DNA of 64,000 nt. Source: Deltaproteobacteria bacterium. GTDB lineage: Bacteria; Desulfobacterota; Deferrisomatia; Deferrisomatales; BM512. Numbering within the stretch: position 1 is the stretch's first letter; every line of letters begins with the position of its first letter. Shown here in pieces: positions 47,973 through 57,107 of this stretch. The position numbers and the translations under genes were made by a program. Under the pieces are notes generated by a model. That model was not told the origin of the DNA. It made no database searches and saw only the letters and a program-made list of their open reading frames with translations. The stretch covers positions 11,997-75,996 of the forward strand of contig PKTT01000039.1 in assembly GCA_002869015.1 (NCBI GenBank), read 5' to 3'.

Positions 47973-49058
47973 TCAATCATAGGGCAAAAGCGGCCCTCTT
48001 GCCATCCCGGTTAAAAAGTTCTCTACAGCGCCCTCCTCAACCGGCCATCCAAGAGCGCTTGAATACATTTCGGCGGACTCCATGCAGAGATAAAGTGGCA
48101 CCCCTATACCCCCTATCTCTTTAACCTTGGCTGCAAAAAAACGATAGATTTCTCTGCGACGGGGCCAAAAATACCGTAGCTTGCCGTCGGGTGAGGGTAA
48201 AAACTCATCGAAAAACAGGGGATTGCCGCAGAGTTTGCCTCCCCACTCCTCTATGAACCGCTTTGGAAAGCGGAGGGTGCCTACGCTTATCCACGCGACC
48301 GCCTCAGGAGCCACCGATTCAAATATCCGCTCGATGACCGCAAGGTACTCATCTTGCCAGCCCTCGACCATAACGACAGGGTCGAAATGAAAAGCCACCC
48401 TCCTCCCCGCTTTGGCGTATCGACCAGCCGCATGAAGCCGCTCGGCAAGGGTGGCGGTTCCCCCTTCGTCGCTCCCGATAAAGCCGGGGGGATTAACGGA
48501 CCAGGCGGCGATAAGGTTCTCCGGCGGATCTGCTCCGAGGAGCGCCTCAACGTTGTCTGATTTGGTCTTGACCTCCATTAAAATATTTGGATAGGGGCGG
48601 ACAAGCTCCGCAAGGTAGGCGGAGTGGTTGGTTAGATGGTCAAGGGCAAGAGAATCTGTAAATTCCCCGGTACCTATACGAATAGGCTGGCTCCACCCCT
48701 TTGCAGCGTCTTTGAACTGACGGGCGGCATCATCAAGGTTGGCGTAGAGGGTAAGCGGCTCATCTGGTGCATAAAACCTCAAGAAGCAGTATGAGCATGC
48801 GTATGGGCATTGAAAGCCTAGGGTGAAAACATGATAACCGCACTCAACGACTCCAGGGGAGCAGGGGCACGCTTTTAGGAATGACCCCGGCTCGTGTGTA
48901 ATGAAGAGAGTCCTCTTCCCCTTTGGTTTGGCCTCACCCTCTTCTCGTATGGTTATGGGGACATTTTTTGGCAACCGCCCCAACAAGGATAGGGTAAAGG
49001 GGGCTTCCCAAACCTTTCGGTCTACGACTACACTTGCCGGGATGAGTTTAGCGCTCAT
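47973..49058 (-). CDS. Spore-photoproduct-lyase-like radical SAM protein
   Basis: CPCSP...CGY, CPYACSYCFL (CX3CX2C), IGTGEFTDSL, EVKTKS, E.GTATLAERL.AA, DGKLRY, YLCME. Confidence 0.85.
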   Translation of the reverse strand: MSAKLIPASVVVDRKVWEAPFTLSLLGRLPKNVPITIREEGEAKPKGKRTLFITHEPGSFLKACPCSPGVVECGYHVFTLGFQCPYACSYCFLRFYAPDEPLTLYANLDDAARQFKDAAKGWSQPIRIGTGEFTDSLALDHLTNHSAYLAELVRPYPNILMEVKTKSDNVEALLGADPPENLIAAWSVNPPGFIGSDEGGTATLAERLHAAGRYAKAGRRVAFHFDPVVMVEGWQDEYLAVIERIFESVAPEAVAWISVGTLRFPKRFIEEWGGKLCGNPLFFDEFLPSPDGKLRYFWPRRREIYRFFAAKVKEIGGIGVPLYLCMESAEMYSSALGWPVEEGAVENFLTGMARGPLLPYD

Positions 49059-50008
49059 CCCAGATACTTCTCCATGGAAGCAAAGTCCCCCCCGGCTATC
49101 TTATCCCTTACGATTTTAAGGTTATCATCCAAATATTTGAGCGAAGGGAAAGCAAATGTAATTCTCAATTTCCCCCCTTCAAAACCGGGAGTGTGGGATA
49201 TATTTACCCCTCCGGGAAGCTTTAGGCTCTCGGTGTCCACTCCAAAGCTCTCCTCCCACTCTGAGACTGTTGGGTAGCGAAGTTTGAGTAGCGCCATCCT
49301 TAGCGTTTCCCCATCCTCCCCAAAGCGGCCCAGTTTCTCACGCTCCAAAAGCTCTTGTACGCCAATGCCATCACGCCACGCACATTCAAGGGCGCACTTT
49401 ATTACCTCGTTAAGTTTATTTGCGCCCAGGCGGACGCCCCTAGTCGCACGCAGGATAGCTAAAGCGTCCTCTTTTTTCGCCTTCATCAGGAGGCGCACGC
49501 CCTTAATTGGCAGTTCGCCGAAAGCATAGCGAAAGAGCTCAGGGGGCTCCAGCCCTCCAATCCAAAGCGGATCATCCAGCGCTCCATGCCTTGCTGGCAG
49601 GCCCAGCCGCTCCAAAAGACCAAGGGATAACTCATCAGCGGTCTCCTTGGTGTCAGCCAGCCTTTTTTTAAGGTAAAGCGCTACCTCTCCAGGGTTTAGT
49701 CCTCCCCCTGAAAGCTGCTCGTCAAGCAACCTTTCCCAAAGAGACTTTCGACTTCCGGTAAAGCGCCTGACCCAAATATATTCGGCACCAAGCATTGTAA
49801 GCGCCGCAAATCTTCCGCTACCAGCGGCTACGGTAAGCGCCCCATCATCCTCTACCACTAAGAGGGGGGTCAATTGGCCTTGGCGCTTTAAGGAATCATT
49901 GAGGGCATCACGCTCGCCGGGGCTTTTCAAGGAAAATGAGTAGCGCCCCCCGCCGGGCGCCAAGGCGCCTCGCTCAACCCTCTCTATCTCTCCAACCGCA
50001 TTAGCCAA
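49055..50008 (-). CDS. ParB/Srx-like N-terminal domain protein
   Basis: LNDSLKRQGQLTPLLV...VAAGSGRFAAL; overlaps both neighbours. Confidence 0.65.
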   Translation of the reverse strand: MANAVGEIERVERGALAPGGGRYSFSLKSPGERDALNDSLKRQGQLTPLLVVEDDGALTVAAGSGRFAALTMLGAEYIWVRRFTGSRKSLWERLLDEQLSGGGLNPGEVALYLKKRLADTKETADELSLGLLERLGLPARHGALDDPLWIGGLEPPELFRYAFGELPIKGVRLLMKAKKEDALAILRATRGVRLGANKLNEVIKCALECAWRDGIGVQELLEREKLGRFGEDGETLRMALLKLRYPTVSEWEESFGVDTESLKLPGGVNISHTPGFEGGKLRITFAFPSLKYLDDNLKIVRDKIAGGDFASMEKYLG

Positions 50009-50841
50009 CTTTCGGCCTCCTTACGTGAACGTTCAAATACCTGAGCTCTCTCAAGTGCGCCGCGCTTTTTGGCTCCGCCGGCAACCACCCTCGATTTTTT
50101 CACTATCCACCGAAGCGCCTCGCGACGCTTATCGTCTTCGATACCGCTATCGTAAACCAGCTTCCAAAGGGCGGCGATCCGAAACCTGTCGAGCCCCCAA
50201 ATCTCCTGTGACAGCTGACCCTCATGCCCATTTCTCTTGACTATCAACTTCTCCGGGCAAAAGAGCACGCCGCACCTCGCCGATATCCGAAGCCAAAGGT
50301 CATAATCCTCACATGCGGGGAGGGTCTCGTCGAAGCCGCCTACCTCCTCAAACAGGCTCCGCTCCATGAGTACAGAGGAGGGGCTTATTATGCACAGGGG
50401 AAGGCATTTTGAAAAAATATCTCCCGAATGCTTCTCATGGTGGCTGCAAGGGTTCGCCCATTTCCCGCGGCGGTACCACACCTCACCGGTATAGGATATC
50501 CTCTGTGCGTCCTTCTCCATCGCTAGAAGCTGCGTTGTGAGCTTCTCCTCCAACCAATAATCATCGGAGTCGAGAAAGGCTACGAGAGGTGCGCTGCTTT
50601 CATTCACGCCCCTGTTTCTGGCTGCGGATACTCCCAGGTTATCCTGTGAGTATACCTTCAGCCTCTCATCATCGAAGCGCTCCCTAACAAGATCACCGGT
50701 GCCATCCGTTGAGCCATCATCAACTACTATGAGCTCCAGGTTTTGAAAACTTTGCGAGAGCACGGAGCTAACCGCTTCTTCAATGAAATCCAATCTGTTA
50801 TAGGCCGGTATTATTACTGCCACCGCAGGTTTAATAGGCAT
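49984..50841 (-). CDS. Glycosyltransferase family 2
   Basis: VIIPAYNR, VVDDGSTD, GVSAARNRG, AFLDSDD, CEDYDLWLR; ATG 50841 with SD GGAGGT. Confidence 0.92.
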   Translation of the reverse strand: MPIKPAVAVIIPAYNRLDFIEEAVSSVLSQSFQNLELIVVDDGSTDGTGDLVRERFDDERLKVYSQDNLGVSAARNRGVNESSAPLVAFLDSDDYWLEEKLTTQLLAMEKDAQRISYTGEVWYRRGKWANPCSHHEKHSGDIFSKCLPLCIISPSSVLMERSLFEEVGGFDETLPACEDYDLWLRISARCGVLFCPEKLIVKRNGHEGQLSQEIWGLDRFRIAALWKLVYDSGIEDDKRREALRWIVKKSRVVAGGAKKRGALERAQVFERSRKEAESWLMRLER

Positions 50842-50977
50842 AGCCACCTCCAACCGAGAGGATAGCATGTGAAAATCGGCGGCACCATTTTGAAAAAGCT
50901 TAAAGCGGTACAATGAACCCACAAATAGTGATATATTGGAGCCTTCCTAGGAACCTTTACCTGGAAGCGCTAGAGGG

Positions 50978-51199
50978 ATGAATACAATCGTCCGGATCAT
51001 GGAGTCGAGCGGAGCGTTCCGTATAGTGCGGGCAAGGGACAACCGTCCCCTCTTTGGCGATATAAAATTTACAGGGATAAAAGAGGCACGAGATTATCTG
51101 ACGCGCGCCAACTCGCGCAGCCAATCCTCAAGCTGGACTGAGGCCCCGACAACTAAAAAGAGAGAAAGTCGCTTCAAGCAGCTCTCACTCTTCGCCTGA
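50978..51199 (+). CDS. Small basic hypothetical protein with C-terminal QLSLF motif
   Basis: 73 aa ORF filling the intergenic space, AGAGGG before ATG, ends RFKQLSLFA*. Confidence 0.65.
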   Translation: MNTIVRIMESSGAFRIVRARDNRPLFGDIKFTGIKEARDYLTRANSRSQSSSWTEAPTTKKRESRFKQLSLFA

Positions 51200-51230
51200 T
51201 AATTCAACCAGACCCCCATCGGAGCAAACC

Positions 51231-52142
51231 TTGAAAGAGAGCGACGGGCTCGGCGCAGGGCAAATTTTTGCCATCTCATCGGCTTTATTCTACTCTACCC
51301 GCTCGATTCTCATACGATACTGTCTAGATACAGGAGCGACTGTCGCCCAGCTCGTAGCTTTCAGAATGCTATTTTGCGCGGTGATTTTCTTTTTGGCAGT
51401 GCGCTTTTTTCGCGATGCCTCCAAAGGCCCCAAAGACCTTTACAAACACCCGAAGATACTTATCGGCTCATTCCTCTTCTCAACGGCGGTTATAGCCAGC
51501 TTCTTTTCGGTCTCCTATGTGGGTGTGTCACTTGCCGTAATAGTCATTTCCTCGCACCCACTCTTCGTAGCACTCTTCTCCCGGATATTTTTATCGGCAT
51601 CCCTCACCGCGAGAGAAACTTTTTTTCTTATCACTGCTTACTTTGGTTGTGCGCTGGCAGTGCTGGGGCACCCTGAGGCAAAGGTTTCAGGAGATGTTTT
51701 TTTAGGTGGGGCCCTTGCGCTGTTAGCAGCATCAAGTTACGCCGGGTACCAGCTTTTAGTCCAATCACTTTCACAGAAGGTATCATCATTACGGATAAGC
51801 GCTTACACGGCTTATTGGTCAGTGGCTCCGGCGCTTTTACTCTGGCACTTCACGCCCCTCGAAGTACCACCTGAGGCCCTTGTCATTACAGCCGCTATGG
51901 GGTTCTTTTCAACCTTCATGCCCCTACTGCTCCTGGCTGCGGCGATCTCAAGGATAGGTGCGCCACGAACCTCAATCTACTCCCTTGCGGGCCCGGTCTC
52001 TGCGCTTACTATGGCTTGGCTTTTATTTGGAGAGACGTTGTCGCCGGTGCAGATGGTTGGCGCATTTTTGGTCCTCTTTTCAGTGGCGATGGTTATCTTT
52101 AGCCGCTTGAAAAAATATAAACAATCGCCCCCCTCACCCTAG
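51231..52142 (+). CDS. EamA/DMT family transporter
   Basis: ~10 TM; P.FVAL, GETLSPVQMVG. Confidence 0.85.
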   Translation: MKESDGLGAGQIFAISSALFYSTRSILIRYCLDTGATVAQLVAFRMLFCAVIFFLAVRFFRDASKGPKDLYKHPKILIGSFLFSTAVIASFFSVSYVGVSLAVIVISSHPLFVALFSRIFLSASLTARETFFLITAYFGCALAVLGHPEAKVSGDVFLGGALALLAASSYAGYQLLVQSLSQKVSSLRISAYTAYWSVAPALLLWHFTPLEVPPEALVITAAMGFFSTFMPLLLLAAAISRIGAPRTSIYSLAGPVSALTMAWLLFGETLSPVQMVGAFLVLFSVAMVIFSRLKKYKQSPPSP

Positions 52143-52300
52143 CGATACTTCCCACTCTTACAAAAACCCAAACTTGCCCGTTTCGCTAATAGCGATAAAT
52201 TATTATTTGAGGCTCAGGTCGATGATCTGGGTCAGCAACATCTTCAATCTTTCGCAAATCAGCCTGCATAGGGTTTTTACACACCCGGCAAGGAGCAGCG

Positions 52301-52729
52301 ATGGAGAAAAATATCGGACTATGGGTAGACCACAGCAAAGCGTATCTAGTAACACTTAAAGCAAAAAGTGAGACCCGCACCAGATTTGATGCCGAGATCG
52401 ATAGCGAGAGAACCGCGAGCTATGGCAGCGCCGATAGATCGCCGGAAAAGAAAGTAGAGCGCAGGCGGATTAACCAGCTCAAAGAATGGTACAGTGAACT
52501 TATAAAAGCCATCTCCAGCGCAGACAGGATATACATCTTCGGGCCGGGGAAAGCTAAAAATGAGCTTCTCATTGCCATTGAGGAGGATGAAGCGATAGCA
52601 TCAAAAGTAGTTGGAGTTGAGGCCGCTGATGCCATGACGGAGAACCAGATGGCTGCAAGGGTCCGCTCCTTTTATGGCAAGGAAGACAGTATGACAGTAC
52701 CCGCCTACAGGCGGCCTCCCGGCGCTTAA
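52301..52729 (+). CDS. aeRF1 domain-2-like / host-attachment-family protein
   Basis: GLWVDHSKAYLV...IYIFGPGKAKNEL...VEAADAMTENQMAA.VRSFY. Confidence 0.6.
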   Translation: MEKNIGLWVDHSKAYLVTLKAKSETRTRFDAEIDSERTASYGSADRSPEKKVERRRINQLKEWYSELIKAISSADRIYIFGPGKAKNELLIAIEEDEAIASKVVGVEAADAMTENQMAARVRSFYGKEDSMTVPAYRRPPGA

Positions 52730-52754
52730 AACCTCTCGACCTAACCAGGAGCTG

Positions 52755-53213
52755 TTGAAGATGCAAAAGCTGGAGAAGATACTTGTACCTACCGACTTCT
52801 CCCCACTATCCAAGAGGGCTTTATTGACCGCCCTCTTGCTGGCAAGAAAAACAGGGGCGGAGATAAAACTCCTCTACGTTGTACCTATGTACGACCGCAT
52901 ATCAGCCTTTAACATATCCATCGAAAGCAAGGAGGAGATGATGGAGCGCGCCCACAAGTGGGCGGAGAAAAAGATGATTGATTTCCTCAGGGGAGAGGAC
53001 CTCACTGGGGTTTCTTTGGCCGAGGAGACTGCCTATGGGAATGAAGCCGAGACTATTATCGAACGGGCGGATTCTCTTAAGTGCGATCTCATAGTCATCG
53101 CAAGTCACGGTTACTCTGGGCTAGCAAAAACGGTTTTCGGGTCAGTCGCCGAAAAAGTATTAAAGCTTTCAAACACCCCGGTCCTTGTGGTTAAAAAAGA
53201 TGAAAAGCCTTGA
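52755..53213 (+). CDS. Universal stress protein
   Basis: KILVPTDFS, DLIVIASHG.SG....FGSVAEKVL.....PVLVV. Confidence 0.93.
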   Translation: MKMQKLEKILVPTDFSPLSKRALLTALLLARKTGAEIKLLYVVPMYDRISAFNISIESKEEMMERAHKWAEKKMIDFLRGEDLTGVSLAEETAYGNEAETIIERADSLKCDLIVIASHGYSGLAKTVFGSVAEKVLKLSNTPVLVVKKDEKP

Positions 53214-53273
53214 CATGACGCCTTAAAACGGTAGGATTCTCTTTTTTTCCGAGCCTTGGGAGGTGCTCCTGAC

Positions 53274-53690
53274 GTGAGCGCGATGAAATGGAATGACAAA
53301 ATAGGGCCCATGGATCTAGAGGTTGCCCTGGAAGAGCTACTGGAGGAGGTCTCTTTAAAGAGCGCCAACGGTGAATATCTCTTTCCCGGAGAGGAGGGCA
53401 ATATGCCCGCTGTTGACCTCGACGATCTGGGTGATTCCTTAAGATTGAGGATGGAGATTCCAGGGGTAAAGGCTTCATCCGTGACAATTACTACTTATGA
53501 AGATGCCATTGTAGTGGATGGCCGTTGGGGCAGCGCGCTATCGGGAGAAAAGGGCAAACCCCTCCAGGTTGAAACGAGAAGCGGCGCTTTTAGAAGGTCC
53601 ATTGAGTTCCCCTCAAAAATTAACGGCGATGACGCCGATGCAGTCCTTGAGGGCGGTATCCTTACCGTCACACTGAAAAAGTCCGATTAA
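53274..53690 (+). CDS. Hsp20/alpha-crystallin small heat-shock protein
   Basis: PAVDL...MEIPGV...E..SGAFRRSIEFP...A.LEGGILTVTLKK; start approximate. Confidence 0.85.
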   Translation: MSAMKWNDKIGPMDLEVALEELLEEVSLKSANGEYLFPGEEGNMPAVDLDDLGDSLRLRMEIPGVKASSVTITTYEDAIVVDGRWGSALSGEKGKPLQVETRSGAFRRSIEFPSKINGDDADAVLEGGILTVTLKKSD

Positions 53691-53748
53691 TCCATATTTA
53701 AAATAACTAGTAATTACAAATACTTACGGCATTCACTAGTATTGGCAT

Positions 53749-53849
53749 AAAAAGAGACTCCCGCCGCGGCATACCAACTCGAAAGAGTGGTAAAACGGGA
53801 GCCTTAGGGGAAAGGCGATATGCATGCTAGATGCTCTCGCCTCATTCAT
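53749..53849 (-). ncRNA. Candidate structured small RNA
   Basis: Minus-strand promoter-like TTGTAT-N16-TACAAT (53883-53856), two hairpins and a terminal U-tract, between convergent genes. Confidence 0.45.
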
Positions 53850-53947
53850 GTCGCTATTGTACATATATTTGAGGTAAATACAATGTATAAATGTGTATTT
53901 TTTTACGATGATTACAAAGTTTTTATTATCGTTGCCATAAGTTAGGG

Positions 53948-54514
53948 CTATGGCACTTTGCCCTCGCCAAAAACTTCCGCCTCGAACACCTCAAAGCGTG
54001 CATCTTCGGAAGCCCAAGCATTACCGCTAAGGCCTGCTTTAAGCGACAGGTGGCTCAAGGTCTCCTCACGGCTCCACCCCTGCTCAACAGCCACCTGTGG
54101 GAGAAAAACCGCGCCGCTACGACCATATTCCAAAATGATCCCATGTTTTCCCACTTCAAATTCCCTAAATGAGGCGATCTTGATTGGTCTGGTCAGTATG
54201 CTCACCTCAATTGAGACCTCGCCAAACTCCTCCTTTGAGAGGGTCGGGAATCGTGGGTCTGCGAAGGCCGCTGAAAGGGCATTTTCTTGTAAGGATTTCC
54301 AAAGTGGGTGGCGGGCGATTATGTTTCCGATGCAGCCCCTTAATTGATGTTTTTTTTTGAGGGTCACAAAAGTGGCGAAAGGCTCGTCGAAGGATGTGGA
54401 GCTTATTGGAATGCCGAGAGATTCCTTTGGTGGAAGAGGATTACCATCCAGATGTGACGCAATCGCCCCTCTGGCAATTTCAAGCGCTATCTTTCTCTCC
54501 ACAGGTGAGAGCAT
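53948..54514 (-). CDS. amrA: AMMECR1-domain protein (AmmeMemoRadiSam protein A)
   Basis: FVTLKK..QLRGCIG, AAFADPRF, IEVSILT, FLPQVA.EQGW, KAGL. Confidence 0.92.
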   Translation of the reverse strand: MLSPVERKIALEIARGAIASHLDGNPLPPKESLGIPISSTSFDEPFATFVTLKKKHQLRGCIGNIIARHPLWKSLQENALSAAFADPRFPTLSKEEFGEVSIEVSILTRPIKIASFREFEVGKHGIILEYGRSGAVFLPQVAVEQGWSREETLSHLSLKAGLSGNAWASEDARFEVFEAEVFGEGKVP

Positions 54515-54530
54515 GGGTAAACCTCACTTT

Positions 54531-56999
54531 CTATCCCTGCCGGTCAAGCGCCTCCCTCAGAGTAACCGCAAGCCTGCTTATCTCGCATGGCTTTTCTATG
54601 AAGGCTAGCGCCCCTCTAGAGATGAGCCCCTTTGCCCGCTCCTCCGACGAATAACCGCTTACGACTAGGACTTTGACGGAATCGTCTATCTTTTTCATCT
54701 CCTCAAAGCAACGTTCGCCGCCAATGCGCGGTACGCCAAGATCCAGGAGCACCAAGGAGATTGAATCTTTATCCTCCCTAAACGCCTCCAAGGCGCCCTC
54801 CGTATCACCCTTGACCACTACATTATAGCCCAAGGTTTTTAGCGTGCTTTTATAGACCTCACGAGCACCGACCTCATCCTCCACAACGAGGAGGGTCTCG
54901 CCCTTTCCTCTCGGCAGGGCCTCATTTATCTTTCTTGTGTGTTTGTGGTCTATATCCACCTTAATCTGCTCTTCACGAAGGTCAAATCGTCTTGCGGAAG
55001 GCAGGTAAAGATTGAAGGTGGTGCCGGAGCCCAGCTCGGACTCGCAGGTAATATGTCCATTGTGGCTCTTTATAATCCCATAAATCGTAGCCAAACCAAG
55101 GCCGGTGCCCTTTCCGAGAGGTTTCGTAGTGTAGAAGGGTTCGAATATATGGCCGCTTGTTTCCGAATCCATCCCGCAGCCGTTATCGGTGACCTTTATG
55201 TGGACATACTCGCCAGGTTTTACCCAGGAGATTCCCCTCAGCGCCTCATCATCCAGGATTACATTTTCTGTCTCAATCCTGACATATCCCTCATTGCCCT
55301 CGCCAATTGCATCACGGGCGTTTGTTGCAAGGTTAAGGAGGACTTGCTGCAACTTGCCGCTGTGAGAAGCCGCGGGCCAGAGGTTCTTCGCCAGCTTCGT
55401 CTCAAGTCGCACTCCCTTTAGGAGCGTCCTCTCAAGCATATCCACTGTACGGGAAATCTCGACGTTGACGTTCAGCGCAGTGAGCTCATCCGCTTGGGAT
55501 CGGCTAAATGAGAGCAGGTTTTTGACAAGCTCAGCGCCTCGATTCACAGTATTTTCGATGCGCGAGAGATATTTTTCCACCCCCTCGCCGCCCGCCATCT
55601 CTCCGGCCTTTTCCGAGGCAAGCTCGGCAAACCCTGAGATTGTGTGGAGGATATTGTTGAAATCATGGGCTATGCCAGAAGCCAGCGTACCCACCGCCTC
55701 CATCTTCTGCGCCCTTGCAAGCTGCTCTTGCAGCTCACGGAGGAGCTTTGAGGAGGCTTTACGCTCCGTGTCGTCATTTAAGGTCATGCCAACCACTGAC
55801 TCAGTCATTGGGAAGGTGGTATAGGAAAAATACTTCCTCGACGCGGGCGCGTAACCCTCTCCCGACTCCAGCACCCCCTCCTCAAGGGTATGCTCGGCAA
55901 GCTTTGTAAAATCAACTCCCTCCAGGATGAAATCACTCTTAAGGCGATGCCCCAAGAGTTGCCACTTTCCTATACCGGAGTGCCTCTCAAAGGCGGGATT
56001 TACATCTATAAATGTAAATACCCCTGCGCCCTCATGCCTAAGCAACGCGCTACCGACTGGCATCTCCAAAAAGAGCGAAGAATATCGGACCCTTATCGCT
56101 GCAAGCTCATCCTCTACAGCCCTGCGCTCCGAGAGAGCGTTGAAAGCTTCGGAGAGGAGCCTCAGAGAGTTGATCTCACTATCATTCCACCCCCGGTACC
56201 AGCTGAAAGTAGCAAGGGCCATAAAACCTTTAAGCTCTTCGTCTGCTATAACCGGAACTGTTAAAATTGACTTAACGCCGATTCCAAGAAGCCGCTCCAC
56301 CCAACGCATATCGGAGAGCTCTGCCTCGGCAAAGGATTTAAGTGATACAGCTTCACCCGCCTTTAACCTGGAGAACCAGCCGGGGAACTCTACAATTGGA
56401 ACGCCGAGGAGCTTTGCCGCAGGCGCGGAAATCTCCGGGCGCTTCCACTCAAGCATGCAGTTAACTTGCCCCGCCTCCTCATCAAAGGAAAACCAGCTGC
56501 ATTGGTCAACCCCCGCGTAGGTTCCGAGCCGCTCCATTGCGGAGCGAAAACCAGAGGCCAGCTCATCGGTGGGGGTATTTATAAAGGATGAGATCAACTC
56601 TGAAAACATGGAGTCGAAGCTGGCGCGGGACTGTATCTCTTCCTCTAGGCGTACTATGGAGGTTACGTCGCGAAGGGCCGCGACAATTACCTCATCGCCC
56701 TCACCGGTCGCACCGAGAGTTGCCGAGATCTCGAGCTCCATTGAAAGATTGTGGCGTGGATGGGAGCAGCGGCAGTTGTAATCACGATAGGGGGAAGATT
56801 CGTCGAAGAGGAGGAGGAGTTCTTTAGCGCAAGCATCGCATATCACGCCTTTTAGTGGTTCCCCGACGACATCTTCAAGGGGAATATCCAAAAGCTTAAC
56901 GGCGTGTTTATTAGCGAAGATCACAACACCTTCGCTATCTATTGCGATGGCGGCATGGGGAAGGTGCTGCCCCACTACCCTCCTGATGTCTGGAAACAT
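54531..56999 (-). CDS. Hybrid sensor histidine kinase (PAS-GAF-PAS-HK-REC)
   Basis: QKMEAVGTLASGIAHDFNN, NARDA, DNGCGM, FEPFYTTK..GKGTGLGL, receiver LVVEDE...LLD...KP. Confidence 0.94.
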   Translation of the reverse strand: MFPDIRRVVGQHLPHAAIAIDSEGVVIFANKHAVKLLDIPLEDVVGEPLKGVICDACAKELLLLFDESSPYRDYNCRCSHPRHNLSMELEISATLGATGEGDEVIVAALRDVTSIVRLEEEIQSRASFDSMFSELISSFINTPTDELASGFRSAMERLGTYAGVDQCSWFSFDEEAGQVNCMLEWKRPEISAPAAKLLGVPIVEFPGWFSRLKAGEAVSLKSFAEAELSDMRWVERLLGIGVKSILTVPVIADEELKGFMALATFSWYRGWNDSEINSLRLLSEAFNALSERRAVEDELAAIRVRYSSLFLEMPVGSALLRHEGAGVFTFIDVNPAFERHSGIGKWQLLGHRLKSDFILEGVDFTKLAEHTLEEGVLESGEGYAPASRKYFSYTTFPMTESVVGMTLNDDTERKASSKLLRELQEQLARAQKMEAVGTLASGIAHDFNNILHTISGFAELASEKAGEMAGGEGVEKYLSRIENTVNRGAELVKNLLSFSRSQADELTALNVNVEISRTVDMLERTLLKGVRLETKLAKNLWPAASHSGKLQQVLLNLATNARDAIGEGNEGYVRIETENVILDDEALRGISWVKPGEYVHIKVTDNGCGMDSETSGHIFEPFYTTKPLGKGTGLGLATIYGIIKSHNGHITCESELGSGTTFNLYLPSARRFDLREEQIKVDIDHKHTRKINEALPRGKGETLLVVEDEVGAREVYKSTLKTLGYNVVVKGDTEGALEAFREDKDSISLVLLDLGVPRIGGERCFEEMKKIDDSVKVLVVSGYSSEERAKGLISRGALAFIEKPCEISRLAVTLREALDRQG

Positions 57000-57107
57000 C
57001 CGCTCCTCGCTAAAAGTACAAAAATGTGCAAAATTCTTTTCAAGCCATTATAGTATAAAATTGGAAAATGACACCGCTTTTATCGACTAATATACAGGGA
57101 GTTAATT

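Noticed and set aside
53765-53836. Plus-strand resemblance to a c-di-GMP-I (GEMM) riboswitch: GGCATACCAACTC-GAAA-GAGTGG
   Set aside because: The GACGCAAA junction and CUAA receptor are missing, there is no downstream plus-strand gene, and G-U pairs favour the minus strand. A cmscan against Rfam would settle it.
53948-54514. amrA without amrB/amrS as a novel system
   Set aside because: The partners are often unlinked and may lie outside the window.
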